From Nitrospirota bacterium (GTDB lineage: Bacteria; Nitrospirota; UBA9217), in contig CAVTRN010000001.1 in the NCBI GenBank assembly GCA_963737155.1, forward strand, positions 1,024,001 through 1,088,000: 64,000 nt of DNA. The letters run 5' to 3'. Shown here piece by piece: positions 44,357 to 53,892 of the stretch. The notes under the pieces were generated by a model, which was not told the DNA's origin, did not search any database, and saw nothing but the letters and a program-made list of their open reading frames with translations. Every line of letters starts with the position of its first letter. Position 1 is the stretch's first letter. The translations under genes and the position numbers were made by a program.

Positions 44357-44980
44357 CTATAATTTTATTTCGTTGTACGAGGTATATATGAACAGGGTAA
44401 AGTCGTTCGGGATGCGGTCATGCCTTAGGACGACAGACGGGGACAGGGTTTCAATAGCGAATTTTACCATGTCCTCAGGTGACGTAAAATTGAGCTCCGC
44501 ATCCTTGACCGGCGAGTGTGACGAAAGGGCGCTCAGGGCCATTGCCTTGTTGCAATGCTTGAAGAGCGTAATGAGCGCGTTCCGAAGGTCGTCCTGGACG
44601 CCTGGCACCCGCAGGTTGAAGACCCCGCAGATGAAAATATAATCGTAATACCCTTCCAGATCTTCGTCGTCGATGTCCATCACCCTGAACGTACATTCGG
44701 GATATTTCTTCTTTGCCGCATTGATGAAGTTTTCGTTGATGTCGACGCCAGTGTACTGGACATTGATGCCCCGACGCTTCAGAAATTTATAAAAATCCGC
44801 CATACCACAGCCATAATCGAGGATCTTCTGGCTGTTCAGGTCCGGAGCGATATCTAGAAACGTGTGGTAACGCCTGAGTTGCCCTTGCGGTGTCCAGCGA
44901 AGCGCCTCCGGCCGGTCGCCAAATTTTTTATAATGCATATTGTAAAACGATAACAACTGCTCCTTTGAAAAGGGATCCAT
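44357..44980 (-). CDS. Class I SAM-dependent methyltransferase
   Basis: ILDYGCG, YTGVDIN, GVFN. Confidence 0.88.
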   Translation of the reverse strand: MDPFSKEQLLSFYNMHYKKFGDRPEALRWTPQGQLRRYHTFLDIAPDLNSQKILDYGCGMADFYKFLKRRGINVQYTGVDINENFINAAKKKYPECTFRVMDIDDEDLEGYYDYIFICGVFNLRVPGVQDDLRNALITLFKHCNKAMALSALSSHSPVKDAELNFTSPEDMVKFAIETLSPSVVLRHDRIPNDFTLFIYTSYNEIKL

Positions 44981-45100
44981 ATTCCCCCTCCATGCCGTCA
45001 TTGTACTTTATCAGTCGGACGAAAACAAGTAGGTGCGAATTATTGCCGCGCTCTTTTAACGAAACAACATATCCCGATATGGTGGTATAACTCTTTTTTA

Positions 45101-45129
45101 TTGACAAACGTTTTGAGTTGTCTTATCAT
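45101..45129 (+). promoter_or_regulatory. sigma70 promoter of the nuo operon
   Basis: TTGACA-N17-TATCAT. Confidence 0.75.
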
Positions 45130-45190
45130 GCATGCGCTTGAGAAGTTATGATAATTTAAAATTTAATACCAGCGTAACAGGGAGAAGCGT

Positions 45191-45555
45191 ATGACTCCAA
45201 GCAGCTATCTTCCGGAACACTTTTTGCCCGTAGTGGTGTTTCTTCTTCTAGGTACCGTGGTAGGCCTTGGGATGCTATTCGCCAGCTGGATTCTCCGGCC
45301 GCGAAATCCTTACCCTGAAAAGCTCGTCACCTATGAGTCCGGCATCATCCCCTTCATGGACGCCCATCAGAAGTTCTCCATCCGGTATTACATCATCGCA
45401 ATGCTGTTCCTCATCTTCGATATAGAAGCCGTGTTCCTCTATCCCTGGGCAGTAGCGTACAACTATTTAGGTCTCTATGGTTTTGTGGAAATGGTGATCT
45501 TCGTCGCCATCCTGGTCGTGGGGTACGTTTACGCATGGAAGAAAGGGGCCCTCGA

Positions 45556-45565
<10 letters not shown>
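45191..45565 (+). CDS. nuoA: Complex I subunit A
   Basis: [27 protein letters not shown]. Confidence 0.96.
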
Positions 45566-46035
<470 letters not shown>

Positions 46036-46121
46036 TAAGACACGAATAGCTAAATACCGCAAACAGAAATAGGAACCACGCACCACGAGCGTTCAGCAGG
46101 TGCGCTTGGGAACGAGGAAGT

Positions 46122-46592
46122 ATGGACCCCTCTCAGATCGCAAAGATGGTAGAAGAAAAATTTCCCGACCAGGTCCTTGGGATATTGAATTATGCCGGAC
46201 AGGTTGGAATTTTGCTCAGGAAGGACAGGATTCAGGACATCTGTCTCTTCCTCCGTGATGAACCCTCCCTCCGGATGGATCACCTCGCCGACCTCGCTGC
46301 TGTTGATTATTCGAAGTATCCCGGCGATGCGGGGCCTCGATTCGAGGTTGTCTACAACATGATTTCCATGGTGCATCACCACCGGATTCGCCTGAAAGTG
46401 AGGGTTACGGAGGAGGACCCACGGGTGGATTCGATTTCCTCGCTCTGGCACACGGCCGATTGGCATGAACGCGAGGCTTTCGACCTCATGGGGATCAAGT
46501 TTGACGGCCACCCCGACCTTCGCAGAATCCTGATGCCTGAGGATTGGGAGGGGCACCCGCTCAGGAAGGAATATCCACTGAAAGGATATTGA
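46122..46592 (+). CDS. nuoC: Complex I subunit C
   Basis: W.ERE.FDLMGI.F.GHPDLRRIL, HPLRK. Confidence 0.96.
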   Translation: MDPSQIAKMVEEKFPDQVLGILNYAGQVGILLRKDRIQDICLFLRDEPSLRMDHLADLAAVDYSKYPGDAGPRFEVVYNMISMVHHHRIRLKVRVTEEDPRVDSISSLWHTADWHEREAFDLMGIKFDGHPDLRRILMPEDWEGHPLRKEYPLKGY

Positions 46593-46703
46593 TAAAACAA
46601 GTCCAAAGTGCAAAGCACTAGAAGGATTTCCATCGCGGAAAGATTTTATATTGCTTTTTGATTTGAACTTTGGATTTCGAAATTTGTCATATATGGTGAT
46701 TTT

Positions 46704-47897
46704 ATGTCCGCTACTGAAACCAAGGAAATAGTTCAAAAAGAAATTACTCTGAACATGGGCCCGCAACATCCGGCCACGCACGGTGTTCTGCGGCTGGTTG
46801 TCGATCTCCGGGGAGAAACCGTGGTCGGCTGCGATCCTCGTCCCGGCTATCTTCACCGCGGGATTGAGAAATGGATGGAGAGCAGAACCTATCACCAGAT
46901 CATTCCCATGACGGACCGGCTGGAGTACATCACTGGAATGAACAACAATCTCGGCTGGGTTGTTGCGGTGGAAAAGCTCGCTGGCATCACGGTTCCCGAA
47001 AGGGCACAATTCATCAGAACGCTGACCGCCGAGCTGTCCCGGCTTTCGGGCCACCTGGTGTGGCTCGGCACCCATGCGCTCGACATCGGTGCCATGACGG
47101 TCTGTATGTATACCCTGCGCGAACGGGAGCTTGTCCTCGATCTCCTGGAAATGGTGACAGGGGCGCGACAGACCGTAAGCTATGCTCGAATCGGCGGCGT
47201 GCGCAACGACGTGCCGCGTGACTTCATCGACAAGTGCAGAGAGTTCACGGAAATCTTCCCGAAGCGTCTTGAGGATTACGATACGCTCATCCGGCAGAAC
47301 CGCATCTGGCTGAAGCGTACCGTGGGCATCGGCGTAATGACAGCAGAAGAGGCGATCAACTATGGATTGACCGGAGGTTCCCTGCGCGGATCGGGTGTGA
47401 ACTATGATCTCCGAAAAGTGGAGCCTTATGCAGCCTATGACAAGGTTGAGTTCGATGTCCCTCTCGAGAAGGATGGCGATGTCTATGCCCGATACGTTGT
47501 GCGTATCAATGAGATGCGTCAGAGCAACCGGATCATCAAACAGTGCCTCGACATGATGCAGCCCGGTCCCATAACGACCGATGACACGCGTTATGCCATA
47601 CCGGAAAAAGTGAACGTGATGCAGAGCATGCAGTCGCTTGTGCACCAGTTCGTGATTATGAGCAAGTGGGTTCCCATGCCCAAGGGAGAAGTATATGTAG
47701 CCACTGAAGCGCCGAAGGGCGAACTCGGTTTTTATATTGTAAGTGACGGGAGCGGCAGACCCTATCGCGTCAAGATCCGTGCCCCATCGTACGTGCATGT
47801 GAGCGCCCTGCCGAAAATGGTGACCGGCCATATGGTGGCGGATGTGATCGCCTGTATCGGAACCATTGATATCGTGCTTGGTGAATGCGATCGGTAA
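46704..47897 (+). CDS. nuoD: Complex I subunit D
   Basis: GPQHPATHGVLR, HRGIEK, DRLEY, EAPKGE, GECDR. No NiFe CxxC motifs. Confidence 0.97.
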   Translation: MSATETKEIVQKEITLNMGPQHPATHGVLRLVVDLRGETVVGCDPRPGYLHRGIEKWMESRTYHQIIPMTDRLEYITGMNNNLGWVVAVEKLAGITVPERAQFIRTLTAELSRLSGHLVWLGTHALDIGAMTVCMYTLRERELVLDLLEMVTGARQTVSYARIGGVRNDVPRDFIDKCREFTEIFPKRLEDYDTLIRQNRIWLKRTVGIGVMTAEEAINYGLTGGSLRGSGVNYDLRKVEPYAAYDKVEFDVPLEKDGDVYARYVVRINEMRQSNRIIKQCLDMMQPGPITTDDTRYAIPEKVNVMQSMQSLVHQFVIMSKWVPMPKGEVYVATEAPKGELGFYIVSDGSGRPYRVKIRAPSYVHVSALPKMVTGHMVADVIACIGTIDIVLGECDR

Positions 47898-47913
47898 GCA
47901 AGAGGGAAACCGC

Positions 47914-48270
47914 ATGAAACTAAGAGAGATTGCCAGTCTTCTCCAGGCGCAGGTGCTTGTCGGAAATGGCCTCCTTGATGAAATCGAAGTGGACCAGTGC
48001 TTTAGTGCGGACCTGATGAGCGATGTGCTTGGCCGCTCGTATGCGAACGGCATCCTGATCACGGGGCTTACGAACCCCCAGGCGGTGCGGACTGCCGACA
48101 TAGCCGACATCAGGGCGGTCTGCGTCGTGCGTGGGAAACTGCCGGAACCAGACACTGTGGCATTGGCTAAACAGAAGGAAATCCCGCTTTTCACCACGAA
48201 GCTGACTATGTTCGAGGCCTGCGGTATTCTCTATCAAGGCGGCCTCAGGGGGGTTGCCGAACGGCAATAG
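47914..48270 (+). CDS. DRTGG-domain protein
   Basis: ADLMSDVL, LITGL.N.Q..RTA, VRGK. Confidence 0.85.
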   Translation: MKLREIASLLQAQVLVGNGLLDEIEVDQCFSADLMSDVLGRSYANGILITGLTNPQAVRTADIADIRAVCVVRGKLPEPDTVALAKQKEIPLFTTKLTMFEACGILYQGGLRGVAERQ

Positions 48271-48274
48271 GCTG

Positions 48275-49228
48275 ATGGCATTGCAGGGAAAAGAGCCGGA
48301 CACTCTGGACAGGGTGACCAAGACACAGGAAATGGCCTATGAGGTCACCGTCGGCGAGGTAATGGCCCCCAAGATGGTGACTGTAAGCCCGGAGCAGACC
48401 ATGGCGGAGTTCAGGTTTATTCTCCGGGACAACCGAATCTCCGGAACGCCGGTGGTCGAGTACGGCAGGCTCGTGGGCATGGTCAGTATTGAAGACTTGA
48501 TCAACGCTCTGTATGACAACGCTATCAATGCTCCCATCCGGGAGAGAATGAAAACAAATGTTCAATGTCTCTATGACGACGAACGCCTCGTTCACTGCAT
48601 CGCCAAATTTTCCAAGCTGGGATACCGACGGTATCCCGTACTGAACCGGAAGGAAGAGCTGGTCGGCATCATCACCAAGGGGAGTATTGTCGAGGGACTG
48701 CTCAAGATGCTTGAAATGGAGTATGAGCAGCATGAGACAAATACAGCCATTACTCGCCAGCGGCCCACGGTGCGAAAGTTCTTTGAAGATGTGACGGCCG
48801 ACGATATCAGCTTCACATTCAAATACAATGTTGCTGGGCAATCCCTGAAGGTGGCGGGTAAAGCTGCGAGCGAGCTGAAAAGCGCACTAAAAAAATTAGG
48901 TGTCTGTCCTCCGCTTCTCCGAAGAATCGGAGTGGCAACCTATGAAGCGGAGATTAATCTCGCATCCTATACCAAAGGGGGAGAGATTCGTGCCCAGGTA
49001 GAGAAATGGGGGGTCACGATAGAAGCTGTCGATTACGGACCAGGGATTCCCGATATCGAGCTGGCCATGCAGCCGGGATATTCCACGGCGCCTGACTGGG
49101 TGAGGGAGCTGGGTTTCGGAGCGGGGATGGGCCTGGTAAACATGAAGAAGTGCGCCGACGAAATGACCCTGAAATCCACTGTACCCGACGGAACGCACCT
49201 GACCATGCAATTCTATTATACAACGTGA
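48275..49228 (+). CDS. CBS-pair + RsbT-like Ser/Thr kinase (GHKL ATPase) fusion
   Basis: Two CBS domains (SGTPVV, RRYPV), then YEAEIN, DYGPGI.DI..AMQPGYST, GAGMGL. Confidence 0.85.
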   Translation: MALQGKEPDTLDRVTKTQEMAYEVTVGEVMAPKMVTVSPEQTMAEFRFILRDNRISGTPVVEYGRLVGMVSIEDLINALYDNAINAPIRERMKTNVQCLYDDERLVHCIAKFSKLGYRRYPVLNRKEELVGIITKGSIVEGLLKMLEMEYEQHETNTAITRQRPTVRKFFEDVTADDISFTFKYNVAGQSLKVAGKAASELKSALKKLGVCPPLLRRIGVATYEAEINLASYTKGGEIRAQVEKWGVTIEAVDYGPGIPDIELAMQPGYSTAPDWVRELGFGAGMGLVNMKKCADEMTLKSTVPDGTHLTMQFYYTT

Positions 49229-49316
49229 TCCCGTGGCTGGGATCGTTCGAGTGCTAGCGGGGAGCATCGTGAAAGGAACCTGCGCTGATCGCCGGAGGGG
49301 CTTCATAGAGTCAGAC

Positions 49317-49658
49317 ATGACCCTGAATGATTTAGTAAAAGAATTCGATCTTCAAGTGAAAGCTGGCACCGGCCTTCTCGACCGGGAAGTTGCCGGTGGA
49401 TATGTAAGCGATCTTCTTTCGGATGTGCTAGCCCACGCCGAAGATGGGGTTCTGTGGGTCACGCTCCATGTTCATCAGAACATTGTCGGCGTGGCTTCTC
49501 ACAAAGGGTTGGCGGGCATCGTGCTGGTGCAAGGAAGAGTTCCCGAAAAAGATACGGTGGCAAAGGCCGAAGAAGAGGAGATCCCGATTATGGTCACCGA
49601 CCTTTCGGCCTTCGAATTCGTAGGCAGGCTCTATAAGGCGGGGATCCGTGGCGCTTAG
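49317..49658 (+). CDS. Second DRTGG-domain protein
   Basis: GGYVSDLLSDVL, WVT...H.N.V.VA. Confidence 0.83.
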   Translation: MTLNDLVKEFDLQVKAGTGLLDREVAGGYVSDLLSDVLAHAEDGVLWVTLHVHQNIVGVASHKGLAGIVLVQGRVPEKDTVAKAEEEEIPIMVTDLSAFEFVGRLYKAGIRGA

Positions 49659-50394
49659 GCGCATAAAGGCCGATCTGCACGTGCATACCTGCCTGTCCCC
49701 TTGCTCCGGTCTTGATATGTCGCCTCGTGAAGTGGTGAGCGCAGCGATGCGCAAGGGAATGGATCTGATCGGTGTGTGCGATCATAATTCGGCGGAAAAC
49801 GTTCTAGCCGTAAAAAAAGCAGGCGAGCGGAACGGTCTGATGGTGCTCGGCGGGATGGAAATCGCTTCTTCCGAAGAAGCGCACATCCTGACGTTCTTTG
49901 ACGATGACGACGATCTCCTAGTTTTCCAGGAATACGTCTATGAACACCTCGAGGGCAGAAATGATGAGCGTGCCTTTGGCCTGCAGGTCATCGCCGATGA
50001 TGAAGACGGCGTGACCGGTTTTTGTGACCGCCTCCTGATTGCAGCGACAACGCTTCCCGCGGAAGCAATCGTCGCGCAGGCGCGCGCGGCAAGAGGCGAG
50101 AGCCTGGTGATCGCCGCGCATGTGGACCGCGAATCTTTCAGCATTATCGGTCAGCTTGGATTCATCCCACCTTCGTTGGCCTTGGATGCCGTTGAAGTCT
50201 CAGCACACATGAGTGTGGACGAGGCGAGAAAGCGTTTTCCTGATTGCAGACACTACCCGGTGATTACCGGTTCCGATGCGCACGGGCCCGAGGACATTGG
50301 TAAACGATTTACCTGCTTCACCGTTGACGGTGGTACGGCGTCTGAAATCAAAAAGGCGCTTGCGGGCAGGGACGGTAGGAAGGCGGTATGCTGA
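49648..50394 (+). CDS. PHP-family phosphoesterase
   Basis: DLHVHTCLSPC, CDHN, GME, AHVDR, SDAH. Confidence 0.9.
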   Translation: MALRRIKADLHVHTCLSPCSGLDMSPREVVSAAMRKGMDLIGVCDHNSAENVLAVKKAGERNGLMVLGGMEIASSEEAHILTFFDDDDDLLVFQEYVYEHLEGRNDERAFGLQVIADDEDGVTGFCDRLLIAATTLPAEAIVAQARAARGESLVIAAHVDRESFSIIGQLGFIPPSLALDAVEVSAHMSVDEARKRFPDCRHYPVITGSDAHGPEDIGKRFTCFTVDGGTASEIKKALAGRDGRKAVC

Positions 50395-50398
50395 GGCG

Positions 50399-50935
50399 GT
50401 GGAAGATATCTCGCTCCATATTCTCGATATCGCCGAAAACTCAGTCCGCGCCGATGCTAGAACAATAGAGATCACGGTAACGAGGGATATTCGGCAGGAT
50501 TTGCTTTTGGTCGAAGTAATCGACGACGGCAGGGGAATGGATTCAGCGACGCTTGCGAGGGTCCGGGACCCGTTCTTTACAACGAAGCACAAGAAAACCG
50601 GCTTGGGAATTCCACTTCTGTCCCAGACAGCGGAGCAGGCTGGCGGGAAAGTAACGGTAGAGTCCGCGCCGGGAAAAGGGACGAAAGTACTGGCCATCTT
50701 CGGCTGGAGCAACGTAGACCGGCCGGCGATCGGAAACGTGGCCGATACACTGATGACCCTCATAGCGGGGCATCCTGATCTCGATATCGTTTATACCGAA
50801 CAGGATGGCGAGCGGGTTTTCCATTTCGACACACGGGAGATTAAGAGCGAGCTCGAAGATGTCCCGATCAGCGCACCGGAGGCGCTCAGCGCGGTGCGAG
50901 ACCTGCTGCGGGAAGCGATACGAATCAAACAGTAA
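50399..50935 (+). CDS. Stand-alone histidine-kinase-like GHKL ATPase
   Basis: DISLHILDIAENS, DDGRGM, DPFFTTK, GLGIP. No sensor domain. Confidence 0.85.
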   Translation: MEDISLHILDIAENSVRADARTIEITVTRDIRQDLLLVEVIDDGRGMDSATLARVRDPFFTTKHKKTGLGIPLLSQTAEQAGGKVTVESAPGKGTKVLAIFGWSNVDRPAIGNVADTLMTLIAGHPDLDIVYTEQDGERVFHFDTREIKSELEDVPISAPEALSAVRDLLREAIRIKQ

Positions 50936-50963
50936 TATTTTACGGGAGCGGAAGAGGTAGATC

Positions 50964-51476
50964 ATGAGTAACGATGCTGTTGCACAGCCGCCTGTCAGTG
51001 AAGATGTGGATATCATAACGTCAGATATGTACCAAAAAATCGACGTGATCATCGAAAAGTACAAGGACAAACCCGGTTCGCTCATCCCGGTACTCCAGCA
51101 GGCGCAGGATGTTTGCGGCTATCTACCCCATATCGTTCAGCGTTATATCGCGAAGGGGCTCAAGATGTCGCCGAGCGTGGTTTTCGGCGTAGCAACCTTC
51201 TATTCCTTCTTCACGCTGGTACCTCGCGGCAAGCACGTGATTCGCGTCTGTCTCGGAACGGCATGCTACGTGAAGCGAAGCGAGGAAATTCTCGATAAAA
51301 TTAAGGACGAGCTGGATCTTGAGGTCGGAGAAATCACGAGAGACAAGAAATATTCCCTGGAAGCTGTGCGATGCCTCGGCGCCTGCGGCCTAGCCCCCGT
51401 TGTGGTTGTGGGCCAGGATACCTACGGCGACGTGGTAGCCACAAAAGTTATGGACATTATCAAGAAGTACGAATAA
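50964..51476 (+). CDS. nuoE: NuoE/HydC/HndA-like [2Fe-2S] subunit
   Basis: VATFY, CLGTAC, CLGACGLAPV. Confidence 0.93.
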   Translation: MSNDAVAQPPVSEDVDIITSDMYQKIDVIIEKYKDKPGSLIPVLQQAQDVCGYLPHIVQRYIAKGLKMSPSVVFGVATFYSFFTLVPRGKHVIRVCLGTACYVKRSEEILDKIKDELDLEVGEITRDKKYSLEAVRCLGACGLAPVVVVGQDTYGDVVATKVMDIIKKYE

Positions 51477-51500
51477 AAGTACGGAAAATACAGGTGAGCC

Positions 51501-51884
51501 ATGGCTAAACTGACGATTGCAGACTTGAAAAAAATCAAGGAAAATTATCACGCGAACCAGGCGCTGCGCGAGGGCGGTTTCCGCGTAAAGGTCACTGTAC
51601 ACATGGGGACCTGCGGGATTGCCGCTGGCGCCCGGAGCATCATGAACGTGGTGATGGAAGAAATGGCGAAATCCAATCTGAAGGATGTCGCGGTCACCAC
51701 GTCGGGCTGCGCCGGACTCTGCAGTAAGGAACCCATGGCAACCATCGAACTTGCCGGCGAACCGCCCGTGAAGTATATCTCTCTTACGGAAGACAAGATG
51801 CGTAAAATTTTTGCCGAACATGTCATCGGCGGGAAACCGGTGGCTGACTTTGCCCTGGTTATGGGGCATGAGACGACGTATTAA
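51501..51884 (+). CDS. HndB/HydD-like thioredoxin-fold ferredoxin
   Basis: MGTCGIAAGA ... GCAGLCSKEP ... EHV.GG.PV. Confidence 0.85.
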   Translation: MAKLTIADLKKIKENYHANQALREGGFRVKVTVHMGTCGIAAGARSIMNVVMEEMAKSNLKDVAVTTSGCAGLCSKEPMATIELAGEPPVKYISLTEDKMRKIFAEHVIGGKPVADFALVMGHETTY

Positions 51885-51891
51885 GACGTCG

Positions 51892-51927
51892 GTTTGAACC
51901 GTTCGGACTGCACAAACAGCTTAAACT
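51892..51927. repeat. Nonamer tandem related to 34352-34387
   Basis: GTTTGAACC GTTCGGACT GCACAAACA GCTTAAACT. Confidence 0.55.
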
Positions 51928-51947
51928 GCTAAATGGAGTAAGATATC

Positions 51948-53738
51948 GTGGAGACAACTTATCGCTCAAACATAATGATCTGCGCGGGCACGGGCTGCGT
52001 GGCAAACGGGTCACTTAAGGTCAAAGATGCGCTCGAGACCGAGCTTATCAAACGAAACCTTCAGAACGAGGTCAAGATCGTACTGACCGGGTGCAACGGA
52101 TTTTGCGCCAAGGGGCCGGTCATGGTGGTCTATCCCGAAGACATTTTTTACCAGGTCGTGAAGCCCGAGGACGTCCCGTATCTTGTAGAAGAACATTTCA
52201 TCAAAGGCAGACCAGTACAGAAATTCCTCTACACACCGCCGGCGGAAAAAAAGACGATTCCGGTGATGAACGAGATTCCCTTCTTCAAACACCAGGTGCT
52301 CCGCGCACTGCGAAACCGGAGTCTTATCGACGCCGAAAAGATTGAGGAATACATCGCCCGCGACGGTTATTTGGCTGCTGCTAAGGCACTCACCGAGATG
52401 ACTTCTGAACAAATCGTAAACGAGGTGAAGAAGTCAGGCCTCCGCGGACGCGGTGGCGCGGGATTTCTCACTGGCCTCAAGTGGGAACTTTGCGCGCGCG
52501 TTCCGGGGGAAGTCAAGTACATCCTGTGCAATGGCGACGAAGGCGACCCGGGAGCATTCATGGACCGTAGCGTCATGGAAGCCGATCCGCATTCCGTGCT
52601 TGAGGGAATGATCATTGCTGCAAAGGCTATCGGCGCCCATTTTGGCTATATCTATGTCCGGGCCGAGTATCCTCTCGCAGTGCACCGTCTCCAGCTTGCG
52701 ATCAATCAGGCCAAGGAGAATGGTCTGCTGGGGAAGGACATCCTAGGCACCGGGTTCGATCTCGATATTGAAATCTACCAGGGCGCCGGCGCGTTTGTCT
52801 GTGGCGAGGAAACGGCCCTTATGGCCTCCATCGAGGGGAAGCGCGGCATGCCGAAGCCCAAGCCGCCGTTCCCGGCAGTCAAAGGTCTGTGGATGAGGCC
52901 GTCAGTGCTCAATAACGTTGAGACTTTTGCGAACGTGCCGCCGATCATCCTGAACGGGGCTGACTGGTTTGCGAGCCTCGGAACTGAGAAGAGCAAGGGG
53001 ACAAAGGTCTTTGCGCTGTCCGGCGCTCTCAATAATATCGGCCTTGTCGAGGTGCCCATGGGCACCCCGCTCAAAACCATTATCTTCGACATCGGCGGTG
53101 GCATCAAGAACAATCGGAAGTTCAAGGCCGTGCAGATGGGTGGCCCGTCGGGTGGGTGTATCCCCAATACGCTAATCGATACGCCCGTGGATTTCGAGAA
53201 CATCAACAAAACCGGCGCTATCATGGGCTCAGGCGGGATGGTTGTCATGGATGAGACCACCTGCATGCCTGCCATGGCTAAATTCTTTCTCGAATTCACC
53301 GAGGACGAGTCCTGCGGCAAGTGTGTGCCCTGCCGCATCGGAAACAAAACGCTTCTCTCGATTCTCACCCGCATCACGAACGGAGAGGGCCGCGAAGGTG
53401 ACCTTGAGTTGCTGCTCGCCCTCTCGCAGCAGATCAAGGACACGTCGCTCTGCGGTTTGGGCCAGACATCGCCGAACCCGGTTTTGACGACGATCAAATA
53501 CTTCCGTGACGAGTACGAAGCTCACATCAAGGAACACAAGTGTCCTGCACGGGTATGTACGCCGCTGGTCAAGTTCGTGGTGGACCCGAACAAGTGCAAG
53601 AAATGCGGCCAGTGCTTCAAGGCCTGCCCGGCCGGTGCGCTTAAATGGGAAAAGGGCCAGGTTGCCTACATCGATCCGGAGAAGTGCACGAAGTGCAAGT
53701 CCTGCATCAAGGCGTGCCGGTTCTGGTCGATTGACTGA
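51948..53738 (+). CDS. nuoF: Long NuoF of HydB/HndC type (FMN/NADH site, N-terminal [2Fe-2S], C-terminal 2x[4Fe-4S])
   Basis: CAGTGC..GCNGFC, GRGGAGF, DEGDPGAFMDR, GAGAFVCGEETAL, GGPSGG, ESCGKCVPCR, H..EHKCPARVC and two CxxCxxCxxxC motifs. Confidence 0.93.
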   Translation: METTYRSNIMICAGTGCVANGSLKVKDALETELIKRNLQNEVKIVLTGCNGFCAKGPVMVVYPEDIFYQVVKPEDVPYLVEEHFIKGRPVQKFLYTPPAEKKTIPVMNEIPFFKHQVLRALRNRSLIDAEKIEEYIARDGYLAAAKALTEMTSEQIVNEVKKSGLRGRGGAGFLTGLKWELCARVPGEVKYILCNGDEGDPGAFMDRSVMEADPHSVLEGMIIAAKAIGAHFGYIYVRAEYPLAVHRLQLAINQAKENGLLGKDILGTGFDLDIEIYQGAGAFVCGEETALMASIEGKRGMPKPKPPFPAVKGLWMRPSVLNNVETFANVPPIILNGADWFASLGTEKSKGTKVFALSGALNNIGLVEVPMGTPLKTIIFDIGGGIKNNRKFKAVQMGGPSGGCIPNTLIDTPVDFENINKTGAIMGSGGMVVMDETTCMPAMAKFFLEFTEDESCGKCVPCRIGNKTLLSILTRITNGEGREGDLELLLALSQQIKDTSLCGLGQTSPNPVLTTIKYFRDEYEAHIKEHKCPARVCTPLVKFVVDPNKCKKCGQCFKACPAGALKWEKGQVAYIDPEKCTKCKSCIKACRFWSID

Positions 53739-53892
53739 TTATTGAACGATCTGGAACCTCAGATCCGGCGCAGACGCATGACACACAGTGAAGCGAATAT
53801 CAGATCCAACGTTCGAAACCGCGGGCATCGGCGTATCCTATGACGAAGTCAGGATTCGTGGTTTCATAATATACAAAAAAAGGTAGAAATCT

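Noticed and set aside
46050-48197. 715-aa ORF on the minus strand
   Set aside because: It is an antisense shadow of nuoC/nuoD/DRTGG with no recognisable motifs.
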